Assembly: GCA_038736825.1 (NCBI GenBank)
Contig: JAVYME010000028.1
Span: 1 to 14,187 of the forward strand
Reading direction: 5' to 3'
Origin: Candidatus Iainarchaeum sp.
Lineage (GTDB): Archaea; Iainarchaeota; Iainarchaeia; Iainarchaeales; DTGL01
DNA length: 14,187 nucleotides
Below the pieces are notes generated by a model that did no database searches, had not been told where the DNA came from, and worked only from the letters and a program-made list of their open reading frames with translations. The position numbers and the translations under genes are program-made. Positions 1-6,853 of the stretch are shown here, in pieces; position 1 is the first letter of the stretch; the number at the start of each line of letters is the position of its first letter.

Positions 1-290
1 GCGGTTTTTTTCCCGAACCCAGCGAGTTTTTCAGCAAAAATCCAAAAATTTTTCCTCAAAAAAGGTTCTCCACCCATTATTGTTATCCTTGAAGTGTTTT
101 TTGAAAGACCCCATAGTTCAATAGTTTTAATATAGTCTTCAAGGATTGCATTCAATTGTTCCAATGAAAGCTCTTTTTCAAAATTTTTTTCAGAATAACA
201 GTGCTTGCATTTCAAGTTGCATTTTTCAGTAATATGCCATTGCAAGTGAAACGATTTTGGAATGTAATTCTCACTATCTTGTTTGACCAT
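1..290 (-). CDS. Radical SAM enzyme, N-terminal ~96 codons only (gene continues past the left window edge)
   Basis: Absent from the supplied ORF track because there is no stop inside the window. Manual translation of the reverse strand from the ATG at complement(288..290) gives MVKQDSENYIPKSFHLQWHITEKCNLKCKHCYSEKNFEKELSLEQLNAILEDYIKTIELWGLSKNTSRITIMGGEPFLRKNFWIFAEKLAGFGKKT... It carries a CX3CX2C motif (CNLKCKHC) and a GGEP SAM-binding motif. It lies 16 bp downstream of the 307..1299 gene on the same strand. Confidence 0.8.
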   Translation of the reverse strand, partial: MVKQDSENYIPKSFHLQWHITEKCNLKCKHCYSEKNFEKELSLEQLNAILEDYIKTIELWGLSKNTSRITIMGGEPFLRKNFWIFAEKLAGFGKKT

Positions 291-306
291 GCTCTTTTCC
301 CAAAAT

Positions 307-1299
307 TTACTGTTCTGGCCTGCCAATTGGGATTCGCCCTCTTGGCGATGGCTCTGCATAATTTAGCAATCCAATTTGGCACATCACTTCATCAAGCCTT
401 GAATATCTTTCCTTGAAGAACCGGCTGGCCAACAAATAATCTTCACTGGAATTTATGGGGCTTTCTTGACCACAAAACTGTTTTAAAAGGTAAAAATTGT
501 AGGCAGCGCAAACATTGCCTTTTTCTTTTTTAGCCATGCTTTCAAAAGACTTGCAAAAAATTGGCACAGCCTCGGTGTTTTTGGGTTTGCCGGCAGGAAC
601 TGACTGCAAAAGCAGCCTCAAAATGGTGGCTTTTTTTTTCATTGATTCCAGTGCTTTGCCTGTCTGGCTCGAATACTCTATGTTTATTGCGAGCACTTTT
701 TCAAAAAGTTTTGGGTTGTATGTTGTGCCTAGCTCTCCATAAACTAATTGGCATATTGTGATTCCTAGCACTGCGGGCAAATCGTTTTCTTCCAGCACTT
801 TTTTTGACTCTATTTGTTGCTCCCAATATTGCATTGCACTGGCAAAAGTCTCTTTGGCAAACAGTTCTGTTTTCAAGCCATCAGTGTTGCCTCTTTCTTT
901 AACAAAATAAGCATATTTGGACATGCAATAAGGCATTAAAACAGTGTAAGGTTCGCATTTTTCCAGTTCTAGGTTGTTGCACTCTTTTGCAAAAAAGCCC
1001 TCGGCAATTTTAGCATCATCCTTGTAGTCTTCGCCTTGAACTTGCAAGCCAAAATCATCTCTTAAGACATTTTTGACCACCCTATACTGGTACCAGCCAT
1101 AAGAAGAGCTTTCCGCCTCTGAAAGAAATGCCTTGGGTTCGAGTTCACTTGAAAAATACTGCTTTAACTCAGAGGCAGAGCTTTGCATTTCTGAAAAAAG
1201 CAGGAAAGGGTATAAGAAAAAAGCGAAAACTGCAAAGACGGCTGCCAGCACTATAGCAATTATTAGAAAATTTTTCCGCTTTGAATGTAGTGGCAGCAT
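307..1299 (-). CDS. Membrane-anchored protein of unknown function (one N-terminal TM helix, helical Cys-containing ectodomain)
   Basis: 330-aa ORF with an ATG start at complement(1297..1299). A KRK stretch is followed by the hydrophobic segment FLIIAIVLAAVFAVFAFFLYPFLLF. I recognise no catalytic motif. It is co-directional with, and 33 bp downstream of, the rSAM/SPASM gene. Confidence 0.6.
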   Translation of the reverse strand: MLPLHSKRKNFLIIAIVLAAVFAVFAFFLYPFLLFSEMQSSASELKQYFSSELEPKAFLSEAESSSYGWYQYRVVKNVLRDDFGLQVQGEDYKDDAKIAEGFFAKECNNLELEKCEPYTVLMPYCMSKYAYFVKERGNTDGLKTELFAKETFASAMQYWEQQIESKKVLEENDLPAVLGITICQLVYGELGTTYNPKLFEKVLAINIEYSSQTGKALESMKKKATILRLLLQSVPAGKPKNTEAVPIFCKSFESMAKKEKGNVCAAYNFYLLKQFCGQESPINSSEDYLLASRFFKERYSRLDEVMCQIGLLNYAEPSPRGRIPIGRPEQ

Positions 1300-1332
1300 A
1301 TCGCAATAGTAACCCCATTCAACTTTTATTTT

Positions 1333-3171
1333 TTATTCCCTCCAAGGGCATTGTGATTTTTTTGAGGTTTTTTTGAATTCAGAATATATCTCGTTTCTGT
1401 CAAAAAATTCGCTTATTTTTGGGCCTTTAACTCCACCACAATATTCAATTTCACCATTTTTTTCTTTGAAGAGTTCAAGGCACTCCAAGCAGTTTTTTGG
1501 AATGAAAAATTCTTCATAGAACTCCTTTTCCTTTTTTGCGTTCGCATCTGTTATTTTGACAGGTCGCGATATCTTGAATATTACCTTGTTTTTCTTCAAT
1601 GAATAAAGAAATGCCTTGAACCGAATTGAATCGCGAATACCAAGCCGGCCCCTGGTAATTGGGCAAAGCACAAAAAGCCTTATTTTTTCCCTGTGTTTTT
1701 TTGACGCCTCAACTATTTTTTTGGCTAGCTTTTCAAGGTCTGCCTTTGCGGGATCAAATTTCAAAAAAACTCCACTGGCTGAGTTCTTGCTGATTTCTGT
1801 TGAGAGTTCGAATTCGCTGAATTGCATGGAATAATAGAGTTTTTCACTCTTTTCCGACAAATAAGGCTTTATTTTTATGACATCGCGTTCCGCCAAATAT
1901 TTCATGAGTTGCAAGGTTTGCGTTTTTCTTTCCAGGCATCGTTCTCTGTCTGGTTTTGCCATATTGTTGTTTTTTTCCAGGTTTTTTAGGGGGCAGCCTC
2001 CCCAGCAAAGCTTGAAATCACAATCATAGCACTCGCTTTTTTTGTAGTAAGAGCGCAATTTTTTGATTTTTTTCCAGTCCATCAAAAATCCCTTTTTTCG
2101 GTTAAAGCAGCCAAGCACAAGTTGTTTCATTCCTTGGTGAATTTTCAGGTCATCTGTGTTTGAGTACATCAGGCAGCCAGAGACAGTTCCATCCGTGCCA
2201 AGGCAAAAATAGTTTCCAACTGAACAATACTGTGTTTTGCCCTTATATTCAAAGTAGTGTTCAACCGCAAGGCGGGATTTTAATCCAAAAGAATCGCAAA
2301 ACTCTTTCAGTTTCATTTGTGAATCTGCGAGCACCGCCCACTTATTGCGCTCTGAAGTTTTTATGAATTCGCAGCCAGCTCCCAGATCGCTAACTGTTGA
2401 GAAAACTATCACTGGGACCTCTAGGTTGTAAAAATATTTGAAGGTTTGCTCTTCTCGACCAACATGGTTTGAGGTAAGCGTGGTTTTTACCATAAATTCC
2501 TTGTTGTTTTTAACCAGTGTTTTTATTGTTTTTTCCACGGTGGCACTGCTCTTTCCGCCATTCCTGAGAGGTCTTTGTCTATTTTGAATTTCAGGCGGGC
2601 CGTCACAGGAAACTTGGAACCTGCCCATTCGATCCGCAATATCGGTTAAAAACTTTGGGTTGGTGGCACCGTTTGTTGAAAATTTGATTCTGGCAATTTT
2701 GAGTTTTTTTTCAATGGAACCCAAAGTTTTTTTCAATAGCGTGGGTTCAGTTGTCTGCTCTCCAGCAGAACTGAACATCACGTGGACTTCCTTGTTTTGT
2801 TGACCAATATATTTAATTCCAGCACTCAAGATTTCCCAATTTGAAGTTTTCTCCTCTCTTTTCTTTTCTTTGCCAAAGCAATATGTGCATCCAAGATTGC
2901 ACTTGCTTGTAATGACTGGCGAAAAAACATTAAAATAGCCTTTTTTGACAAAAGAGGGCTTTTTGTTTTTTGCTAGGAATTTTTTTCCAAGTGCCTCAAA
3001 GGCTTCTTTGTCCATGATGAAAAAGTTGTTTGAATTGCTACAAAAAGCCACCAATCGCCCTTTTTTTTCAAAAAGCAAGTGAAGAAAGGGATTATGTTTT
3101 GCGAAAGCCGCAAATATGTCTCGCTTGCTTTGCAAACAGGCCTGTGTTGCGCCTATTATTTCAACCTTCAA
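1333..3171 (-). CDS. Radical SAM/SPASM-domain peptide maturase (HxsB-like candidate) with a ~190-aa C-terminal extension
   Basis: 612-aa ORF. CX3CX2C motif in SPVITSKCNLGCTYCF. Twitch/SPASM-type auxiliary-cluster motifs: C-x11-G-x4-C (CSVGNYFCLGTDGTVSGC) and CX2CX4CX3C (CYDCDFKLCWGGC), plus a later RERC. The N-terminal ~85 aa before the cluster (LVAFCSNSNNFFIMDKEAFEAL) resembles the substrate-side N-domain common in peptide maturases. The annotated start is TTG (complement of caa at 3169..3171) and the first ATG is codon 53, so the exact start is uncertain. Confidence 0.85.
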   Translation of the reverse strand: MKVEIIGATQACLQSKRDIFAAFAKHNPFLHLLFEKKGRLVAFCSNSNNFFIMDKEAFEALGKKFLAKNKKPSFVKKGYFNVFSPVITSKCNLGCTYCFGKEKKREEKTSNWEILSAGIKYIGQQNKEVHVMFSSAGEQTTEPTLLKKTLGSIEKKLKIARIKFSTNGATNPKFLTDIADRMGRFQVSCDGPPEIQNRQRPLRNGGKSSATVEKTIKTLVKNNKEFMVKTTLTSNHVGREEQTFKYFYNLEVPVIVFSTVSDLGAGCEFIKTSERNKWAVLADSQMKLKEFCDSFGLKSRLAVEHYFEYKGKTQYCSVGNYFCLGTDGTVSGCLMYSNTDDLKIHQGMKQLVLGCFNRKKGFLMDWKKIKKLRSYYKKSECYDCDFKLCWGGCPLKNLEKNNNMAKPDRERCLERKTQTLQLMKYLAERDVIKIKPYLSEKSEKLYYSMQFSEFELSTEISKNSASGVFLKFDPAKADLEKLAKKIVEASKKHREKIRLFVLCPITRGRLGIRDSIRFKAFLYSLKKNKVIFKISRPVKITDANAKKEKEFYEEFFIPKNCLECLELFKEKNGEIEYCGGVKGPKISEFFDRNEIYSEFKKTSKKSQCPWRE

Positions 3172-3237
3172 AACACCACCAAAGCTAATAAATAGTTCTT
3201 TGGCAGCATCGTTTAAAAAGGAAGGTTTCTTACAGCA

Positions 3238-3597
3238 TTAGCTGCAGAAATCTATTGCACAAATCGCCCCGCAACTGTAATGGCTGTAGTGTGATGAGTG
3301 TGAGCTGTGTGATGAGTGTGAGAAGTGTGAGCCGTGTGCTGAGTGTGATGAATGCGAGGAGTGTGATGCGTGGTGTCCGTGTTTTGCAGTGACATTGCCT
3401 GCATTCCAGCTAACACTAAAATAATTTGAGTGTGCGGCTTCGACTTCGGGTAAAAGGTTTAAGATGGAAATCGAGCCCAAAAAGGCACCAATTGAAATCA
3501 TTTTGAATTTTGAAATTCCGCCTTTTTCTTCTATTAAAAAAGAGGACACCTTTCTTTTTATTTCTGGCAGTCTGTTCTTTATTTGTTTTTTCATCAA
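3238..3597 (-). CDS. His-Xaa-Ser repeat peptide (HxsA-like putative RiPP precursor, or a secreted His-rich peptide)
   Basis: 119-aa ORF whose first codon is TTG; the ATG at complement(3592..3594) gives 118 aa. A basic N-terminus (KKQIKNRLPEIKRK) is followed by a signal/TM-like segment MISIGAFLGSISILNLLPEVEA|A. The C-terminal part reads AKHGH-HAS-HSS-HSS-HSA-HGS-HFS-HSS-HSS-HSS-HYS-HYS-CGAICAIDFCS. It sits directly between rSAM genes on the same strand. Confidence 0.8.
   Translation of the reverse strand: MMKKQIKNRLPEIKRKVSSFLIEEKGGISKFKMISIGAFLGSISILNLLPEVEAAHSNYFSVSWNAGNVTAKHGHHASHSSHSSHSAHGSHFSHSSHSSHSSHYSHYSCGAICAIDFCS
3274..3381 (-). repeat. Coding period-3 repeat: HGH plus 11 in-register His-Xaa-Ser/Ala triplets
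   Basis: The plus strand shows imperfect 9/18-bp tandem units (gtgtgatgagtgtgagct x2, then variants). On the coding strand this reads CAC-NNN-TCN/AGC iterated. His is invariant at position 1 of all 12 triplets. Position 3 is Ser in 10 of 11 and Ala in one. Confidence 0.9.
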
Positions 3598-3625
3598 TAA
3601 TACAATCCTTTTAAACTTTAAATAT
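3598..3625 (-). promoter_or_regulatory. Possible internal TATA-like promoter immediately upstream of the HxS peptide gene
   Basis: In minus-strand orientation, right after the upstream stop codon: TAA-atatttaaagtttaaaaggattgtattattg-ATG. The TTTAAAG/TTTAAAA boxes lie about 13-27 nt upstream of the ATG. There is no clear SD sequence. Based on motif resemblance only. Confidence 0.25.
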
Positions 3626-4486
3626 TTATTGTTTTGTGGTGATTTTCCGTATTGGCTTGAATTCTTCTTCTCCGGCTAGTGGTGGATAAGAGCGCCAAAT
3701 CCTGCAACATTCGTTTTTTGCTTTGCAATAAAAGCATTTTTTTGCAAATTTTAGTTCTTTTTCCTGTTTTGTAATGCCTTTGGCGTGTTCCCAGTATTTG
3801 TTGCTTATTGTACACAAAGGGAAGTGGAACATTTTCACTTCCACTTTGTTTTTTTTCAGCACTTCAACTGCTTGTTGAACGAAAGGCACCAAGGTTTTAT
3901 AGTGCACAAAGAGGAGTTGCCGGTTAATAAATGCATTGCCAGTGTATTTTAGGTTGATGAAAACCACTCGAAAAACGCCTTTTAGTTCCCTTGCAATGAA
4001 TTCCGCTGTTTTTGCCAAATCTCGATAATTTTGCTTGCATACCAAGACCCTGACTTCTATTGCGAAACCGAGTTTTTGAAGGTTTTTTATTCCTTGAATT
4101 GTTTCGTTCCAGCTTCCACGGATTCCTGTCAGAAAATCGTGGGCTTTTTCTTCATGGCTTAATAGGGGAATGCCGAAAAAGAGGTTTTTGCCAGAAAATT
4201 TTTTGAATTGCATTGCATATTCTTTTTCTGCAAATTTTCTTCCATTGGTTACAATGAAGATTTCTCTTTCAGGGTTTTGTTCTAGAACAAATTCCACTAT
4301 TTGGGAGAGATTGGGTGAAAGAGTTGGTTCGCCTCCTGTTAGTCCAATGCATTCTTCTTCAGGTGTGCTTTTGATTTTTGCTTTTATTTGGTCTGCTGGC
4401 GGGTTTCCAAGCCAGGGCATCTGTCTTGTATCGTAAATGCAGAAAAGGCATTTGCTATTGCATTGAAATGTCACAGGAATGTCCAT
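3626..4486 (-). CDS. Radical SAM enzyme (small, N-terminal cluster; HxsC-like candidate), paralogue of 4487..5365
   Basis: 286 aa. CX3CX2C motif at residues 9-16 (QCNSKCLFC), GLTGGEPTL, VTNGR, and a C-terminal Cys cluster KKCFYCKAKNECC. Its ATG at complement(4484..4486) directly abuts the upstream stop codon (TAAATG). Confidence 0.85.
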   Translation of the reverse strand: MDIPVTFQCNSKCLFCIYDTRQMPWLGNPPADQIKAKIKSTPEEECIGLTGGEPTLSPNLSQIVEFVLEQNPEREIFIVTNGRKFAEKEYAMQFKKFSGKNLFFGIPLLSHEEKAHDFLTGIRGSWNETIQGIKNLQKLGFAIEVRVLVCKQNYRDLAKTAEFIARELKGVFRVVFINLKYTGNAFINRQLLFVHYKTLVPFVQQAVEVLKKNKVEVKMFHFPLCTISNKYWEHAKGITKQEKELKFAKKCFYCKAKNECCRIWRSYPPLAGEEEFKPIRKITTKQ

Positions 4487-5365
4487 TTATTTTCCCTTTA
4501 TTGCTTTGAATTCGTTTTCTCCTTTTTCTTTTAGGTATGCTTTTTCCACGCCAAAACATTTTTTTTCAAGAATGCATTTTTTGCATTCTGCGAGCTTTTT
4601 TTTGCCTTTCAGGATTTGTTTGTCAAGGGAAGTTTTGCCTTCAAACCAGTAAACCTCTGTTTTCAGTTCGCAAACTGTATTGTCAGCCTTTTGCGGGATA
4701 ATGCAAGGCGGCACATTGAGCGCCCAAACCCCGGCACTGCCTTTTTCAGCAATTTCAATGGCTTTCAAGAGATAGGGTGCTGTTTTGGAATACGCTGGCA
4801 CCAAGTGTTTGTTTTGTGAAAGGTTTCCGTCAATGCTTGGAAAGATGAGGCAAAACATTTTTGGCTTGAATGCCAAAACTTTTTTCACTATTGCTGGCAA
4901 TTGTTTGAAGTTGAGGGCATTTATTACAATGTTTGCCCTTATTTCCCCCCCTTTTTCCTTGAAATTTTTAATGCCTTGCATTAATTCTGAAAAACAGCCG
5001 TTCACTTGCGTCAGAAAATCGTGTGTTTCCTTGTCCGCGCCATGAATGGAAAAAATCGCGCTGTTTAATCCGCTTTCAAGCATTTGTTCTGTAAAATTTT
5101 TGTCTGAAAACATTCTACCATTGGTTGTAACGGAAATTTTTTGAAAGCCTTGTTCTTTTGCAAAGTGGACTATTTCAAATATGTCTTTTCGTATGGTGGG
5201 TTCTCCACCTGTAAAGCAAATTTCTTCAGCTCGACCTTTGGCTGAAATAACTTCTTTTTTGACTTGCTCTAATTGCTTGAAATTCCTTGACTTGTGTACA
5301 GAGCAAAAAAGACAGTTATTGTTGCAAGCAGCGCCAAGCACAATTTCAATTTTTGCCAGTCTCAT
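4487..5365 (-). CDS. Radical SAM enzyme (small, N-terminal cluster; HxsC-like candidate), paralogue of 3626..4486
   Basis: 292 aa with an ATG start. CX3CX2C motif (ACNNNCLFC), CFTGGEPTI, TTNGR, HDFLT, QGIKN (the last three are shared with the paralogue), and a C-terminal ECKKCILEKKC motif. Confidence 0.85.
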   Translation of the reverse strand: MRLAKIEIVLGAACNNNCLFCSVHKSRNFKQLEQVKKEVISAKGRAEEICFTGGEPTIRKDIFEIVHFAKEQGFQKISVTTNGRMFSDKNFTEQMLESGLNSAIFSIHGADKETHDFLTQVNGCFSELMQGIKNFKEKGGEIRANIVINALNFKQLPAIVKKVLAFKPKMFCLIFPSIDGNLSQNKHLVPAYSKTAPYLLKAIEIAEKGSAGVWALNVPPCIIPQKADNTVCELKTEVYWFEGKTSLDKQILKGKKKLAECKKCILEKKCFGVEKAYLKEKGENEFKAIKGK

Positions 5366-5399
5366 GAAATATTTGGCGCATTAATGGTTTTTAATTGGT

Positions 5400-5774
5400 T
5401 TATTCGCCAAGCTGTCTTGCCACAATTTCAAGGCATTGGTTCCTTATGCCTTCTTCGGTTACTTTGTTGCATAAGGCTTTGTCGTTATTCAAAACACCAA
5501 AGCAGTAATTCTTTATGTTTGCGTTGTAAATGTAATTGCAATAATTGTTGTTTCTTGCTTCATAGGCTTCCTGGAAAACGCACCAATCAGATTTTCCGCT
5601 TGCAAGTCCGCTGCACTTGCTCAAATCAAAGCTTGACTCGAGTTGTGGGCAATAAGTATTTGTATTACAATCTGGCTTAGCTTGCAATCCTAAAAAAAAC
5701 CCAGCCAAAAAGAAAACTATTGACGTTAGAACTAAAATTGCAAATCTCTTAAAATCAAAAGCAATTTTTTCCAT
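5400..5774 (-). CDS. Small membrane-anchored/secreted Cys-rich protein, unknown function
   Basis: 124 aa with an ATG start. Hydrophobic segment FAILVLTSIVFFLAGFFLGL, then 10 Cys with a recurring C-x(7-12)-C spacing (YCNYIYNANIKNYCFGVLNNDKALCNKVTEEGIRNQC). It is the first gene of the minus-strand block, 34 bp upstream of the first rSAM gene. Confidence 0.6.
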   Translation of the reverse strand: MEKIAFDFKRFAILVLTSIVFFLAGFFLGLQAKPDCNTNTYCPQLESSFDLSKCSGLASGKSDWCVFQEAYEARNNNYCNYIYNANIKNYCFGVLNNDKALCNKVTEEGIRNQCLEIVARQLGE

Positions 5775-5834
5775 GAAAACCCTATCCTATATGTGTTGTT
5801 TTCCTTTTTAATCTTTTTCAGCCACTTTATTTCC
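5775..5834. promoter_or_regulatory. Divergent intergenic region between the rSAM operon (minus) and the GYPECC gene (plus)
   Basis: It is the only non-coding DNA between the divergently oriented genes, provided the plus-strand gene starts at the ATG at 5835. No specific motif was confidently identified. Confidence 0.3.
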
Positions 5835-6851
5835 ATGCCTTTTGCTGAAAAATCCATTGCAGAGGCAATGGCAAGGCTTTCCAGTGAAAGCCGCGCTTTT
5901 TCTGACAAACAACGACTGAAAAAAGGAAAGTTTTATTATCCGCCATGCATTAAAGGCCATTTTTCTTTGCTCGAACTTTTGGCGCTTAAAAACGGCTTAA
6001 AGCCAGCGGTAAGCAATAAGGTGCCATTTACGCCTGAAGCCTGGCTGGCACTAAAAAAAGGGATTAATGAAATGGGTTTTCTTTGCGGGCACACTAGATT
6101 CAAGTACCTTATAAACACAATCCAAGACCTTTGCGAGCCAATTCCTCTTGATGACCCGCGCCTTGGGGAAGTTTATGCGATTGCAGCCAAAGACTTTGAA
6201 ACCATTAAAAGGGCAGCGGATGCCTATGCCAACGACACAACTGAATTTGGTAGGCTAATGGGTTATCCTGAATGCTGTCTGGCGTTCGGAAAGAGCTTGT
6301 GCAATAATGTTGGAATTAAAAGCAAAGTAGAGCAAGACTATGTTTGGTCGCGCATTTATTTTCGCTCTTATCGCAATTCAACGAACTTTTCCAAGTGGTT
6401 GAATGTTTATTCTGGCTTTGCTTTGATTCATCACATTCCATGCCATTTGAATTGCCCGGAAAGCAAGAAATACGCTCAAACCTTGTACGGTTTGCTGGAA
6501 AAGGAAAACGCAAAACTGGCAAAATTGTATGATTTTTTCATGCACTTGCCAGTATTGTTTTGGAATTGTGCGGACTCGATTTTATTCCAAGGCGAGTTTG
6601 AAAAGGGAGTTTTTCACTACTGGGATTGTTTTCCAAAAATCTCTTCAGATTCATTTTATGTTTCCGCACCAGACTTTTCATTAGCCAAAAGGCTTTCCGG
6701 CTATGCTGAATTAGTCAAAAAAGGCAACAGCCTTAAATTATCAGATAAGTGCATTGGTGTTTTCAAGGACAACAAAAAGATTGGCATTATTCCAAAACAA
6801 TTTGAATTTGAATGCATTCTGGTAAAACCTGACACTGACTTGTCAGAGTAA
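5793..6851 (+). CDS. G[YF]PECC / H-x-PC-x3-C family protein (uncharacterised, putative metal- or Fe-S-binding), divergent paralogue 1
   Basis: The 352-aa track ORF starts at GTG 5793, and the first ATG at 5835 (MPFAEKS...) is the more likely start. Motifs shared with 9469..10362 and 7624..8488: FSLLELLALKNGLKPAVS, GRLMGYPECCLAFGK, HHIPCHLNCPESKKY. Confidence 0.75.
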   Translation: MLFSFLIFFSHFISMPFAEKSIAEAMARLSSESRAFSDKQRLKKGKFYYPPCIKGHFSLLELLALKNGLKPAVSNKVPFTPEAWLALKKGINEMGFLCGHTRFKYLINTIQDLCEPIPLDDPRLGEVYAIAAKDFETIKRAADAYANDTTEFGRLMGYPECCLAFGKSLCNNVGIKSKVEQDYVWSRIYFRSYRNSTNFSKWLNVYSGFALIHHIPCHLNCPESKKYAQTLYGLLEKENAKLAKLYDFFMHLPVLFWNCADSILFQGEFEKGVFHYWDCFPKISSDSFYVSAPDFSLAKRLSGYAELVKKGNSLKLSDKCIGVFKDNKKIGIIPKQFEFECILVKPDTDLSE

Positions 6852-6853
6852 GC

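Noticed and set aside
201-761. Plus-strand ORFs 201..416, 515..742 and 561..761
   Set aside because: They are antisense to or overlap the minus-strand rSAM fragment (1..290) and the 330-aa membrane protein. They have no motifs and a hydrophobic composition typical of antisense frames in AT-rich DNA.
3274-3381. GT/GA-rich 9-bp tandem repeat as a non-coding microsatellite or contingency tract
   Set aside because: It is in frame within an ORF bounded by a plausible start, a signal-like segment and a stop. The variation between units is concentrated at the middle codon, while the His and Ser codons are preserved, which indicates selection at the protein level.
1616-5045. Small plus-strand ORFs within the rSAM genes (1616..1834, 2160..2366, 3464..3679, 4170..4436, 4616..4819, 4785..5045) and the minus-strand 3618..3815
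   Set aside because: They are nested in or out of frame with ORFs that carry unmistakable radical SAM motifs, and they have no independent support.
5181-5680. Plus-strand ORFs 5181..5384 and 5294..5680 (the 128-aa one is Cys-rich)
   Set aside because: They span the intergenic gap and overlap the starts or ends of two well-supported minus-strand genes. The Cys richness is a mirror of GCA/ACA codons on the opposite strand.
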